DNA of 62,286 bases from Alphaproteobacteria bacterium (lineage in GTDB: Bacteria > Pseudomonadota > Alphaproteobacteria > UBA9655), in contig JBEPVR010000002.1 of the NCBI GenBank assembly GCA_041690915.1, forward strand, positions 1-62,286. The letters are read 5' to 3'. Below, one piece after another: positions 51,422 through 61,733 of the stretch. Every line of letters starts with the position of its first letter. Position 1 is the first letter of the stretch. The position numbers and the translations under genes are program-made. The notes below the pieces were generated by a model. It was not told where the DNA came from, did not search any database, and was given only the letters and a program-made list of their open reading frames with translations.

Positions 51422-52831
51422 ATGAAATCATCTTCTATTCAGTCTATTGAGGCTCTGATTAAAGAGCACGAGGTATCTTTTGTTGATTTTCGGTTCACGG
51501 ATCTCCGAGGAGCTTGGAATCACATGACGCTTCATGTGGATGCGGTTGATAAAGAAGCTTTGAATGAAGGTATTATGTTCGACGGGTCATCTATTGCAGG
51601 ATGGAAATCTATAGAAGATTCGGACATGCAGATGAAGCCTGATCTTTCCACTGCTGTGCTTGATCCTTTTGCTGCCCAGTCAACTCTTATTTTAAATTGT
51701 GATGTTCTTGAACCTCTATCGGGAAAATCTTATACCAGGGATCCTCGCGGGGTGGCCCAACGGGCGGAAGTGTATCTAAAAGACTTAGGTTTTGCGGATA
51801 CAGCTTATTTTGGTCCTGAAGCTGAATTCTTTGTTTTTGATGATGTGCGATATGATGTGGCCATGCAGCATAATTTTTATTACGTGGATTCGGATGAAGG
51901 AGAGTATAATTCTGGTAAAGTCAATCCCCAAGGGAATCTTGCTCATCGGTCGGGTATTAAGGGAGGATACGTCCCTGTTAATCCCGTTGATCAGATTTTT
52001 GATATGCGTTCGGAGATGCTTTCAACATTGAAAGAAATGGGAGTTGAGGTCGAAAAACACCATCATGAAGTAGCTCCCAGTCAGCATGAACTCGGATTTA
52101 AATATAATACTCTTACGAAAACCGCAGATCATTTACAAATTTATAAGTATGTTATTAAAAATGTGGCGCGTATGTATGGGAAAACAGCCACTTTTATGCC
52201 CAAGCCCATTCATAATGACAATGGTTCCGGCATGCATGTACATCAATCTTTGTGGTACAAGGAAAAACCTTTATTCCCTGGGACTATTTACGCGAACCTT
52301 TCTGAGGAGGCCCTTTATTATATTGGAGGGATGATTAAACACGGTCAGGCCCTTAATGCCTTTACGAATCCAACAACCAATAGCTACAAACGGCTTGTTC
52401 CTGGGTACGAAGCTCCCGTAATGTTGACTTATTCTGCTCGCAATCGATCGGCAGCCATTCGTATCCCTCATACGCCCGCGATGAACGCTAAGCGTATTGA
52501 AGCGCGTTTCCCCGATGCGGCAGCTAATTCTTATCTTGCTTTTGCGGCCATGTTGATGGCCGGTCTTGATGGGATTCGAAATAAAATTCATCCCGGAGAA
52601 GCTCATGAAGGTAATCTATATGACCCTAAAGTGTCTCATGGAATTCCACGAGTAGCTGATTCTTTAAAGCAAGCGTTGGACGCGCTTGATCGTGATCGAG
52701 AGTTTTTGAAAGCTGGTAATGTTTTTAGTGATGATCTTATAAATGGATTTATTGAGCTAAAACAAGAGGAAATAAATGCTCTTGATCAGACTCCTCAGCC
52801 TATTGAATTTAAGATGTATTACGGAGTATAA
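51422..52831 (+). CDS. glnA: Glutamine synthetase type I
   Basis: Conserved blocks FVDFRFTDLRG, GPEAEFF, HHEVAPSQHE, NGSGMHVHQSLW and SYKRLVPGYEAP. The adenylylation-type NLYD site is present. I chose the ATG at 51422 over the TTG at 51359. Confidence 0.95.
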   Translation: MKSSSIQSIEALIKEHEVSFVDFRFTDLRGAWNHMTLHVDAVDKEALNEGIMFDGSSIAGWKSIEDSDMQMKPDLSTAVLDPFAAQSTLILNCDVLEPLSGKSYTRDPRGVAQRAEVYLKDLGFADTAYFGPEAEFFVFDDVRYDVAMQHNFYYVDSDEGEYNSGKVNPQGNLAHRSGIKGGYVPVNPVDQIFDMRSEMLSTLKEMGVEVEKHHHEVAPSQHELGFKYNTLTKTADHLQIYKYVIKNVARMYGKTATFMPKPIHNDNGSGMHVHQSLWYKEKPLFPGTIYANLSEEALYYIGGMIKHGQALNAFTNPTTNSYKRLVPGYEAPVMLTYSARNRSAAIRIPHTPAMNAKRIEARFPDAAANSYLAFAAMLMAGLDGIRNKIHPGEAHEGNLYDPKVSHGIPRVADSLKQALDALDRDREFLKAGNVFSDDLINGFIELKQEEINALDQTPQPIEFKMYYGV

Positions 52832-52870
52832 TAAAAACAAAATTTTACTAAAATCTCTATAGGCTTAAAA

Positions 52871-53254
52871 ATGTGGAAGATCGTCTGTTTAATTGCTTTT
52901 ATAAGTGAGGCAAAAGCCAATCTTACAAATCTTGTCACCGACGAGGAAGAGACGACGGAGTCTCTTGTGACACGGCTCGATGATCCGGAAAAAGAAGCAT
53001 CAAAAGGCCTGCGGGAAGAGAAAATTGTTGAAAATCCAAATCAAGCCATAACTTCTGTTTCTGTAGAGGGAGAAAAACCGTCTTCTTCTTTTCTGGGGAG
53101 AAATGAAACTTCATCTGCTCCGGGCTCTATTCAGCGAGCATTTGATATAAAGTACTTAGATCAAAAAGTTTCTTTCCCTGTCGCTGAAGCTCCCTGGTGG
53201 GAGCGATGGTGGTTTTCTGTAAAGGAATGGTGGTCTTTAGAAGTCACTCAATAA
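52871..53254 (+). CDS. Hypothetical small acidic protein with a Trp-rich C-terminus
   Basis: Only an ORF with a hydrophobic N-terminus. I recognise no homology. Confidence 0.3.
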   Translation: MWKIVCLIAFISEAKANLTNLVTDEEETTESLVTRLDDPEKEASKGLREEKIVENPNQAITSVSVEGEKPSSSFLGRNETSSAPGSIQRAFDIKYLDQKVSFPVAEAPWWERWWFSVKEWWSLEVTQ

Positions 53255-53261
53255 AAGAAGC

Positions 53262-53654
53262 TCAATCGTTGTTTCGTGGTATAGGCCGTGGCTTACGATG
53301 TTCATCAATCGCCACAAAAGTAAAAAGGCCTTCCGTAACTTTGTGAACATCACCATTTTGAGGGCGCCGAATCCAAGTTTCGACGTTCACTTGCATTGAA
53401 GTTGTTCCCACTTTTACAATATGAGCGTAACAGCTCACTTCGTCTCCTACAAAAACTGGGCGGAGGAAAGACATCTTGTCAATGGCGGCAAGAACAACTC
53501 TCCCTTGAGAGGTGTGGATCCCCACCGTGCCCCCCGCCATATCCATAAGAGAAACCAACCAGCCTCCAAAAATATCACCACTCGGGTTTGTATCTTTTGG
53601 CATAGCAATCATTCGCAAAGTAAGCTGTTCAGCGGGCGGAAGAGTTTCAATCAT
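53262..53654 (-). CDS. Acyl-CoA thioesterase (YciA-like hotdog fold)
   Basis: N-terminal MPKDTNPSGDIFGGWLVSLMDMAGG block typical of YciA-type thioesterases. Confidence 0.8.
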   Translation of the reverse strand: MIETLPPAEQLTLRMIAMPKDTNPSGDIFGGWLVSLMDMAGGTVGIHTSQGRVVLAAIDKMSFLRPVFVGDEVSCYAHIVKVGTTSMQVNVETWIRRPQNGDVHKVTEGLFTFVAIDEHRKPRPIPRNND

Positions 53655-53861
53655 GAGCGAGGTCTCCTTAAGAAGAGTATAAACTCAAAAAGATCTTGAG
53701 ATCAAATTTTCCATCTATTGAGATTCAAACCGTTTTTTGAGTTAGTAATTTTTTAACATATTTAATCTACGATAGAGTAAGTAATAATTTTTTAGTTATT
53801 AATATTTATAAAAAATTTAATTTACAATATAATTAGAAGCAATTAAAAAGGAGAATATAAC

Positions 53862-54248
53862 ATGAAAAATACTAAGGATAAATTAACAGCTGGCGAGTTT
53901 TGCTGGAACGAGTTAAAGACACCAGATACGAAAAAAGCACAAACTTTTTATTCAGCACTATTGGGTTGGACAACACAAGATTATCCCATGGGAGAAATGA
54001 CCTATACCACATTTATGGCGGGAGACAAGTACATTGGTGGTATGAGGCAAATTTCTAAAGAGCACAGCGACCAAGTCCTTCCTAATTGGATGAGTTATAT
54101 CTGTGTTGAAGATGTGGAAAAAGTCCTTGAAAAGGCTAAGACCTTAGGAGCAGAAGTCAAGGTCCCTGTTACAAGTGTGCCCGATGGACGCTTCGGTATT
54201 ATTAAAGACCCAACCGGAGCCCATATCGGCTTCTGGCAGCCAGCTTAA
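53862..54248 (+). CDS. VOC (glyoxalase/bleomycin-resistance fold) family protein
   Basis: FCWNEL...FYSALLGW...GG... and C-terminal GRFGIIKDPTGAHIGFWQ blocks typical of small VOC proteins. Confidence 0.7.
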   Translation: MKNTKDKLTAGEFCWNELKTPDTKKAQTFYSALLGWTTQDYPMGEMTYTTFMAGDKYIGGMRQISKEHSDQVLPNWMSYICVEDVEKVLEKAKTLGAEVKVPVTSVPDGRFGIIKDPTGAHIGFWQPA

Positions 54249-54523
54249 TCTTATAGCTAAGCAGTATACATCTTCATGAGTGAACTCCCCTACGGATAAA
54301 TCCAATCCTCGTTCACAATGGAAACACGGCTTTGATAATGAGCAACAGTATGTTGACGGTAGCGGCTTATTCTTTATTTTCTCTCTTTATTTGAATTTAA
54401 ATAAAGAGAGAATTTTCCCCCCAGCGTTTCTGCGTAACTTCTTCTTATTCAAAAGTCTTAAGATGGCTCTTTACCAATGAGAGGTCTTAATTTAAGGTAA
54501 GAAGTAGAAAGCGGAGTTGAGAT

Positions 54524-55171
54524 ATGTCAGACTTTTTTAAAGAATTAGAAGAAGATATTCGTGAGGAACGAATCATTATTCTATGGCGTAAGTATGGGAA
54601 TTATATCATTGGCCTGGCATTAGCCATAGTGATTGGGACGGCTAGTTTTACACTTTGGAAGTATTTAAAAAATAAAAATCAGCTTCAGGCCCATGTTTCG
54701 TTTTCAGAGGCGGTGGCTCTCGTGAAACAAGGTAAAAATGAATCCGCTTTAAAAGCTTTTCAAACTTTGGCACAGGAGGGCGGAGGATATGGCAAGATCG
54801 CTCAACTTTATGAAGCCGCTTTGGCTCCCCATTCTGAAGCTCTTTACAAGAAAATTTCTCAGGAAAATGCCTCAGATCCTGCTCTGGGGAATTTACCAAA
54901 AATCTTAATCGTGGCTCATACTCCCAATAATCCAGAAGCTTTAGCTTCTCTCGAGTCCTTAACATCGCCTAATAATGCTTGGGCGCCTCTTTCTCTTGAG
55001 CTTTTAGCATTTAACGATTTAAAAAAGGGGGATGAGGTAAAAGCTGCTCAGCTCTATATCAAGATTTTAAAAGAACCGTACTCTACCTCCCAGGAACAGT
55101 TGAGAGCAAGCCTTATGCTTTCTCAACTTGATGTTCCTCCTTATCTGCTGGAGGAAGAGGCTAAGCCATGA
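54524..55171 (+). CDS. YfgM-like membrane-anchored TPR-like protein
   Basis: A single TM helix follows a charged N-terminus, and the rest is helical. It sits directly upstream of and overlapping bamB (ATGA), as in the conserved yfgM-bamB-der cluster. Confidence 0.55.
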   Translation: MSDFFKELEEDIREERIIILWRKYGNYIIGLALAIVIGTASFTLWKYLKNKNQLQAHVSFSEAVALVKQGKNESALKAFQTLAQEGGGYGKIAQLYEAALAPHSEALYKKISQENASDPALGNLPKILIVAHTPNNPEALASLESLTSPNNAWAPLSLELLAFNDLKKGDEVKAAQLYIKILKEPYSTSQEQLRASLMLSQLDVPPYLLEEEAKP

Positions 55172-56454
55172 AAAAGCACTGGGGGTGGCCTCTTGTGGCA
55201 TTAGCGCTTGTTGCGTGTGATGCCAAAAAAATACCTATTACGGGAACGCGCGTTCCTGTTGTGAATTATGAAAACTCTGTTCAAGTTGATGAAGAGACGA
55301 AAAACATGACTGTAGCCCTCCCGCTTTCTGAGATAGGACGGGATTGGCCTCAATATGGAGGAGGGCCGGCCCATGTCATGCCCCATTTTTCTCTTAAAGA
55401 TAATCTGGAGCCCCACTGGGTCGTTTCCATTGGATCTGGAAATGGGTCAGGGCGTCTTTTATCTCCGCCCATCGTAAATGGGGGAGAAGTTTACGCCCTG
55501 GATACATCGGGAACGGTAACCGCTTTTCATGCCACATCGGGGGAGAGTTTTTGGGAAACAAATATTTCCCCGGGAGGCCGAAATGAATCCATTATTGGTG
55601 GCGGCCTTGCTTATGGAGCAGGAAAAATTTTTGTGACCTCACCCCATGCAGAAGTGCTCGCTTTAGACGCAAAAACCGGTAAAATTCTCTGGCGCCACTC
55701 AACGCAAAGTCCTGTCCGAGCAGCCCCTACTTTTTCTGACGGACGTCTTTATATCTTAGCAATCAGTAATCATCTCCAAGTTTTGGATGCAGAAAAAGGG
55801 GAGCGCCTTTGGGATCACGCAGGCATAACAGAGACGGCAGGACTTTTAGGGACAGCAAGTCCCGCAGTGTCTAAAGGCGTTGTTATTGTGACTTATTCTT
55901 CAGGAGAAATTTTTGCTCTTAAAAGTGAAAACGGTCATCAACTCTGGACGGAAACTTTAAGTTCCACTCGTCGTCCCGATTCGCTTTCTGCTCTTTCTCA
56001 CATTCGAGCTCTGCCTATCATTGATGAAAATAAAGTGATTGTTATTGGACATAACCAAAAAATGGCAGTCTATGACTTGCGTCGAGGAGAAAGGCTATGG
56101 GAGCGAAATATTGGTGGGACGCGAACACCTGCCGTTATAGGAGGTTTTATCTTTATGATCAACTCCTACAATGAGCTGTTGTGCCTAACCTGTGATTATG
56201 GCCAAGTTGTGTGGGTGCGCAAACTGGATTCGGATTCTGACTCTCCTAACAAAGTTATTTGGGAAGGGCCACTCGTCGCAGGAAATAAGCTCTTTTTAGT
56301 AAGTACAACAGGAGCCCTTGTGGCTTTAGACCCTTCTGATGGGAAAACTCTTTCTGAACGTCAGCTGGACTCTTCTATTTCATTAGCACCTTTCGTCGCA
56401 CAAGAAACTCTCTATATCTTGACTGATCGTGGAGACTTGATGACGTTTAGGTGA
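55168..56454 (+). CDS. bamB: Outer membrane protein assembly factor BamB (PQQ-like beta-propeller lipoprotein)
   Basis: Lipobox LVAC, repeated beta-propeller blades (G.....D..tG...W) and a position between the yfgM-like gene and der. Confidence 0.8.
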   Translation: MKKHWGWPLVALALVACDAKKIPITGTRVPVVNYENSVQVDEETKNMTVALPLSEIGRDWPQYGGGPAHVMPHFSLKDNLEPHWVVSIGSGNGSGRLLSPPIVNGGEVYALDTSGTVTAFHATSGESFWETNISPGGRNESIIGGGLAYGAGKIFVTSPHAEVLALDAKTGKILWRHSTQSPVRAAPTFSDGRLYILAISNHLQVLDAEKGERLWDHAGITETAGLLGTASPAVSKGVVIVTYSSGEIFALKSENGHQLWTETLSSTRRPDSLSALSHIRALPIIDENKVIVIGHNQKMAVYDLRRGERLWERNIGGTRTPAVIGGFIFMINSYNELLCLTCDYGQVVWVRKLDSDSDSPNKVIWEGPLVAGNKLFLVSTTGALVALDPSDGKTLSERQLDSSISLAPFVAQETLYILTDRGDLMTFR

Positions 56455-56455
56455 G

Positions 56456-56739
56456 ATGCAAAAGGAAGATTTAAACTATCATAAAGTTGAAGGAGCTGGA
56501 GGATAGCCCCAGTCTTGAAAAACGTCTTAAAGCTGTAGAAAGCTCTTGGGTATCTTGAAGAGAATCCTAAGCATCCCAGCCTGCATATACATAAATATGG
56601 GTCTTTAGTAAAAGAATTTAAGATAGGGATATTTGAAGCTTATGCTGAAAAAAATACACCTCATGCCTACAGAATCTTTTGGCACTATGGACCAGAAAAA
56701 GGTATTATAACAATCATTATGATCACGGCCGACCCTTAA
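56456..56739 (+). pseudogene. Frameshifted RelE/ParE-family toxin gene remnant
   Basis: Three frame segments join into MQKEDLNYHK / LKELEDSPSLEKRLKAVE / KALGYLEENPKHPSLHIHKYGSL...YRIFWHYGPEKGIITIIMI. This matches the RelE/ParE pattern (L.eNP.hPSL..HK..G ... yRI.. ... I.I..I). At least two frameshifts are present and no antitoxin ORF was seen. Confidence 0.45.
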
Positions 56740-56859
56740 AATTAGGATTTTCTTTTAAGGCGCTGTTCATAATGCCAAATGAGCATCTAAACCTTACCTC
56801 TCTTGCATCTTCCCTCTCAAGCGCTTATCTTCCCTACATAATATAACACGAGTAATAAT

Positions 56860-58230
56860 ATGATTCTCTCTGAAGCTTTTTGCAGAAAGTATGGCCTAAA
56901 AATAGCAATTGTGGGTCGGCCTAATGTGGGTAAGTCGACACTTTTTAATCGACTTTGCGGTAAACGGATGGCCATCGTTCATGATATTCCCGGGGTTACG
57001 CGAGATCGAAAGGAAGCTTTTGGTCAGTTGGGGGATCTCCCTCTTAAACTTATTGATACAGCTGGGCTTGAAGAAAAAAGTGAAGATCCCTTGATGGAAG
57101 GGATGAAAGCACAAGTCATGAAGGCCCTTCAAGAAGCAGATGTCGTTTTATTTATGATTGATGGAAGGGAAGGAGTTACGCCTTTAGATGAAGCGTTTGC
57201 AACTCTTTTAAGAAAAGCAGAAAAACCCATTCTTCTTTTCGCGAATAAATGTGAGGGAAAGAAGGGAGCTCAAGGAATTGCGGAGGCCTGGCGTTTTGGA
57301 TTTGGAGAACCCTTTCCCCTCTCTTCTGAACATGGATTAGGCCTTGATTCTTTGTATGAAGCTCTCCTTCCTTTTTATAAAGGCCCGCTCACTGAAGAGG
57401 AAGAAGAGGAGGGAGAGACTGCTCCCCTTCAACTTGCGATTGTAGGACGACCTAATGTAGGCAAGTCCACACTGTTAAATCAATTAATAGGGCATGAGCG
57501 CGTTTTAACGGGGCCTGAAGCCGGTGTTACCCGAGATGCCATTGCGATTGAATGGGAGTATAAAGAGCATCCCCTACGGCTCGTGGATACGGCAGGGCTT
57601 CGGAAGCGAGCAAAAGTTACAGAAAAACTGGAGTGGCTTGCGACCTCAGAAAGTCTTTCAGCCATACAATACGCTCACGTTGTTGTTTTAGTGATAGACT
57701 CAACTCAACCCTTCGAAAAGCAGGATCTTCATATTGCTTCCCAAGTGATTGAAGAAGGACGTTGTCTTGTCCTTGCCTTGAATAAATGGGATCTGATTCC
57801 AAATAAGCAAGAGCTTCTCACTCATTTAAAAGAAAGACTGACGACCGCCCTTCCCCAAGTGAGAGGGGTGCCTTTGATTCCTCTTTCTGCGTTGACGGGT
57901 AAAAATAAGGAAAAACTTTTGGATGCGGTTCTTGCGATTTATCACATTTGGAACCAACGAGTTCCAACTTCTAAGCTCAATCGTTGGCTTGCGGGACTTG
58001 TCGCCCATCATCCACCTCCTCTTGTGGCCGGACGCCGTATTAAAATCAAATATTTAACCCAGATTAAAACCCGCCCCCCCACGTTTATTCTCTTTTGCAG
58101 TAAATCAACGGAGTTGCCTGACTCTTATGTAAAATATGTTGTGAATGGAATGAGAGAGGCCTTTGGCCTTGAAGGTGTTCCTATTCGCCTTTTCGTACGA
58201 TCAGGTAAAAATCCATATGCGGATGATTGA
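56860..58230 (+). CDS. der: Ribosome biogenesis GTPase Der (EngA)
   Basis: Two tandem G domains (both GRPNVGKSTL, with DTAGL and NKCE/NKWD) plus a KH-like C-terminus. Confidence 0.95.
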   Translation: MILSEAFCRKYGLKIAIVGRPNVGKSTLFNRLCGKRMAIVHDIPGVTRDRKEAFGQLGDLPLKLIDTAGLEEKSEDPLMEGMKAQVMKALQEADVVLFMIDGREGVTPLDEAFATLLRKAEKPILLFANKCEGKKGAQGIAEAWRFGFGEPFPLSSEHGLGLDSLYEALLPFYKGPLTEEEEEEGETAPLQLAIVGRPNVGKSTLLNQLIGHERVLTGPEAGVTRDAIAIEWEYKEHPLRLVDTAGLRKRAKVTEKLEWLATSESLSAIQYAHVVVLVIDSTQPFEKQDLHIASQVIEEGRCLVLALNKWDLIPNKQELLTHLKERLTTALPQVRGVPLIPLSALTGKNKEKLLDAVLAIYHIWNQRVPTSKLNRWLAGLVAHHPPPLVAGRRIKIKYLTQIKTRPPTFILFCSKSTELPDSYVKYVVNGMREAFGLEGVPIRLFVRSGKNPYADD

Positions 58231-58342
58231 AAAATCTGATAAGATATTTACTATTCTTAAAATAATTTAGGACACCAGGCTTTCTGGCTTGCTTCGCTCC
58301 GCGGCAAACCTTTTAACATACAAGAAATAAAGGAGTAGGACC

Positions 58343-61036
58343 GTGTCCTATCATCTTCAAACGCGTAAAACCCTTAATGTTGATGGAAACGAGTATACCT
58401 ATTATTCCCTTGAGGAGGCCTCAAATCATTTAGGGGATATCTCACGTCTTCCCTATTCCTTGAAAATCCTTCTGGAAAACATGCTCCGCTTCCAAGATGA
58501 AGTAACCGTTAAAGCCAAAGATATTGAAGCGTTGGCGGGATGGGTAAAAGAACGAACGTCAGAGCACGAAGTGGCTTTTACGCCCACACGCGTTTTGATG
58601 CAAGATTTTACAGGTGTTCCTGCGGTTGTTGATTTGGCTGCTATGCGAGCTGCCATTTCAAATATGGGGGGTAATCCAAGCATTATCAACCCCTTAGCTC
58701 CCGTAGATCTTGTTATTGATCATTCAGTCATCGTTGATCGATTCGGCACGCTTGATGCCTATAAGTTTAATGTTCAGCGTGAAGTTGAACGAAATTATGA
58801 ACGGTATGCTTTTTTAAAGTGGGGACAAAAGGCTCTCAATAATTTTCAAGTGGTGCCTCCTGGAACAGGGATCTGTCATCAAGTCAATCTCGAATATCTT
58901 GGCCAGGTCGTTTGGTCAAGTAAACGTGAGGGAAGACTTGAAGCTTATCCTGACACGCTTGTCGGCACGGACAGCCATACAACCATGATAAATGGACTTG
59001 GTATCCTCGGATGGGGTGTGGGAGGAATTGAGGCTGAAGCTGCGATGCTAGGTCAACCTTTTTCCATGGTTATTCCCGATGTTATTGGATTCCGCTTGGA
59101 GGGAGAGCTGAAGGAAGGAACAACGGCAACCGATCTTGTCTTGACTGTAACGCAAATGTTGCGATCCAGGGGAGTGGTTGGGAAATTTGTGGAGTTTTAT
59201 GGTCCAGGACTTTCTTATCTTACGATTGCAGATCGGGCTACCATTGGAAATATGGCCCCTGAATATGGAGCCACCTGTGGCGTTTTCCCCATTGATAATG
59301 AAACCCTTTCCTATCTCGAATTTACAGGCCGAGAGCCTCATCGCATTAAGCTGGTGGAAGCTTATGCAAAAGCTCAAGGGTTGTGGCATGGTCAGGAGCC
59401 TGTTTTCACAGAGATCGTGATCTTAAATCTAGAAGATGTAGAACCTAGTCTAGCCGGCCCAAAACGCCCACAAGATAAGGTTCTCTTGAAAAATTCTGTA
59501 ACTTCTGTCCAACTCACCCTTGATCAAGAAGAGAAGGGCAGCGGGAGGATCACACGGGTTCCTGTTGAAGGTGAAGCCTATTCTTTGGGGCACGGGGACG
59601 TTGTCATCGCTGCGATTACCAGTTGTACAAACACTTCCAACCCTGCGGTGATGGTGGGAGCAGGGTTGTTGGCTCGTAAAGCGCTGGAAAGAGGGTTAAA
59701 ATCTCAACCTTGGGTCAAAACATCCCTTGCACCAGGAAGTCAAGTCGTAAGCGATTATTATGAAAAATCTGGACTTCAGAAGGACTTAGATGCTTTGGGG
59801 TTTGATTTAGTTGGGTATGGTTGCACAACGTGTATTGGTAATTCTGGGCCTCTTGCTGAGGCCATTTCCAAGACAATTGATATTCATGATTTGTCGATGG
59901 CGGCTGTTCTCTCGGGTAATCGTAATTTTGAGGGGCGCATTCATCCTCAGGTTAGAATGAATTATTTAGCTTCTCCCCCCTTAGTTGTGGCTTATGCGTT
60001 AGCGGGTTCAATGCTCATTGATCTTTTTAACGATCCTTTGGGACAAGACCACGAAGGACGAGATGTGTATTTACGCGATATTTGGCCTTCAAATAAAGAG
60101 ATTCGAGACGTTATTCAAACGTGCCTGAAACCTGATATGTTTAAAAAGCGATATGCAAATGTCTTTGAAGGCAACGAAGAATGGAAAGACATGAAAAGTG
60201 AAGGAGGCCTCACCTACGCCTGGCCAAAATCCAGTACCTATGTCAAACATCCGCCTTACTTTGACAACATGCCTCAAACACCGCCTGCTTTGAAGAATAT
60301 TAAAGGAATGCGTCCTCTGGTGATTGTTGGTGATAGCATTACAACGGACCATATTTCTCCGGCAGGGAGCATTCAAAAAGAAAGTCCTGCAGGACTTTAT
60401 CTTTTAGAGCATGATATTGAGATCACTGATTTTAACTCTTATGGGGCTCGACGAGGGAATCATGAAGTTATGATGCGGGGAACTTTTGCCAACACTCGAC
60501 TTCAAAATGAAATGACCCCCGGAATTAGAGGCGGTATTACGCGCTATATGCCAGGGGGGGAAGTCCTTTCGATTTATGACGCAGCTATGCGTTATCAAGA
60601 AGAAGGAGTTCCTTTGGTGATTATTGCGGGGAAAGAATATGGGACAGGATCTTCTCGTGATTGGGCGGCTAAAGGCCCTCGCCTTTTGGGTGTAAAGGCT
60701 GTCCTCGCAGAAAGTTTTGAGCGCATCCATCGAAGCAATCTTATCGGCATGGGAATACTTCCTTTGATATTTATAGAAGGAGTTACACGCTTAACTCTAA
60801 ACTTAGAGGGGTCCGAACTCATTGATATTGAGGGGCTCGAAAATCAAGAATTGCGCCCCAAGATGAAGATGCTGGCTCGTATTCGTCGTTCTGCGGGTCA
60901 AGAAGAAATAATTCCTCTTATCTGTCGTATTGATACAGAGAATGAAGTAGAGTACTACAGACATGGGGGAATCTTACATTATGTGATTCGTCAGTTGATG
61001 AAAGAATCTCGAATAGAAACTCAGAAAAGCCTATGA
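58343..61036 (+). CDS. acnA: Aconitate hydratase A
   Basis: Length 897 aa. Fe-S ligand blocks are present (ITSCTNTSNP, GCTTCIGNSGP). GTG start with AAGGAG 7 nt upstream. Confidence 0.95.
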   Translation: MSYHLQTRKTLNVDGNEYTYYSLEEASNHLGDISRLPYSLKILLENMLRFQDEVTVKAKDIEALAGWVKERTSEHEVAFTPTRVLMQDFTGVPAVVDLAAMRAAISNMGGNPSIINPLAPVDLVIDHSVIVDRFGTLDAYKFNVQREVERNYERYAFLKWGQKALNNFQVVPPGTGICHQVNLEYLGQVVWSSKREGRLEAYPDTLVGTDSHTTMINGLGILGWGVGGIEAEAAMLGQPFSMVIPDVIGFRLEGELKEGTTATDLVLTVTQMLRSRGVVGKFVEFYGPGLSYLTIADRATIGNMAPEYGATCGVFPIDNETLSYLEFTGREPHRIKLVEAYAKAQGLWHGQEPVFTEIVILNLEDVEPSLAGPKRPQDKVLLKNSVTSVQLTLDQEEKGSGRITRVPVEGEAYSLGHGDVVIAAITSCTNTSNPAVMVGAGLLARKALERGLKSQPWVKTSLAPGSQVVSDYYEKSGLQKDLDALGFDLVGYGCTTCIGNSGPLAEAISKTIDIHDLSMAAVLSGNRNFEGRIHPQVRMNYLASPPLVVAYALAGSMLIDLFNDPLGQDHEGRDVYLRDIWPSNKEIRDVIQTCLKPDMFKKRYANVFEGNEEWKDMKSEGGLTYAWPKSSTYVKHPPYFDNMPQTPPALKNIKGMRPLVIVGDSITTDHISPAGSIQKESPAGLYLLEHDIEITDFNSYGARRGNHEVMMRGTFANTRLQNEMTPGIRGGITRYMPGGEVLSIYDAAMRYQEEGVPLVIIAGKEYGTGSSRDWAAKGPRLLGVKAVLAESFERIHRSNLIGMGILPLIFIEGVTRLTLNLEGSELIDIEGLENQELRPKMKMLARIRRSAGQEEIIPLICRIDTENEVEYYRHGGILHYVIRQLMKESRIETQKSL

Positions 61037-61605
61037 ATACGATATATAAATTAAAATTCTTATTTCCAATTCTCTTTTTTGCCCTGGTGGGATGCGAATC
61101 CTTTAAACAGCATTCTTGCCCTTTTGCGAATGCAGGTCATAGAGCCGTTATGGGAACCTATCCGAACGACATGACCGCTCGCCCCTTTGACAGGAAAATT
61201 GTTCTTGTTGGGGGAGGGTTTGACTTTATCCATTATGGACATCTTGAGTTTTTAGAGAGGGCAAGAGCAGCAGGAAACTACCTTATTGTTGCCCTTGAGT
61301 CTGATGCCTTCATTAAAGAACATAAACAAAGAATACCCCTTCATTCACAAGAGCAACGAGCTCATCTTTTATCCCATATGGATGTGGTGGATGAAGTTGT
61401 GTTACTGCCCCCCATGCAAGGGTATGATGACTATTTGAACCTTGTAGAAATGATTCAACCGCAAATTATTGCTGTGACGGATGGAGATCCTTATTTGATT
61501 GAAAAAGAAAAGCAAGCAGCTGTTGTAGGGGCTCAAGTTGTTAGGGTTGTCGGGCGTAACTCTCGTTTTTCAACGCGTGATATTTTGATGCAAACCCATC
61601 GATAA
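61033..61605 (+). CDS. Cytidylyltransferase-like (HxGH nucleotidyltransferase) protein
   Basis: GGGFDFIHYGHLEFLERA matches the (H/T)xGH motif of the cytidylyltransferase superfamily. The ATG at 61033 overlaps the acnA stop (ATGA) and would add a lipoprotein-like leader (LVGC). The alternative start is at 61150. Confidence 0.65.
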   Translation: MNTIYKLKFLFPILFFALVGCESFKQHSCPFANAGHRAVMGTYPNDMTARPFDRKIVLVGGGFDFIHYGHLEFLERARAAGNYLIVALESDAFIKEHKQRIPLHSQEQRAHLLSHMDVVDEVVLLPPMQGYDDYLNLVEMIQPQIIAVTDGDPYLIEKEKQAAVVGAQVVRVVGRNSRFSTRDILMQTHR

Positions 61606-61733
61606 GAAATATGTGTGTTTTTTGGAGAAAGTAAAAAATAATTAAATACGAAAAGAGGTTGTATTTTGTTCGAATAGTTTCTATTTATTAAAAAGTATGA
61701 TATTAAAATTTATTGTAAGCAAAGGATGTTTAT

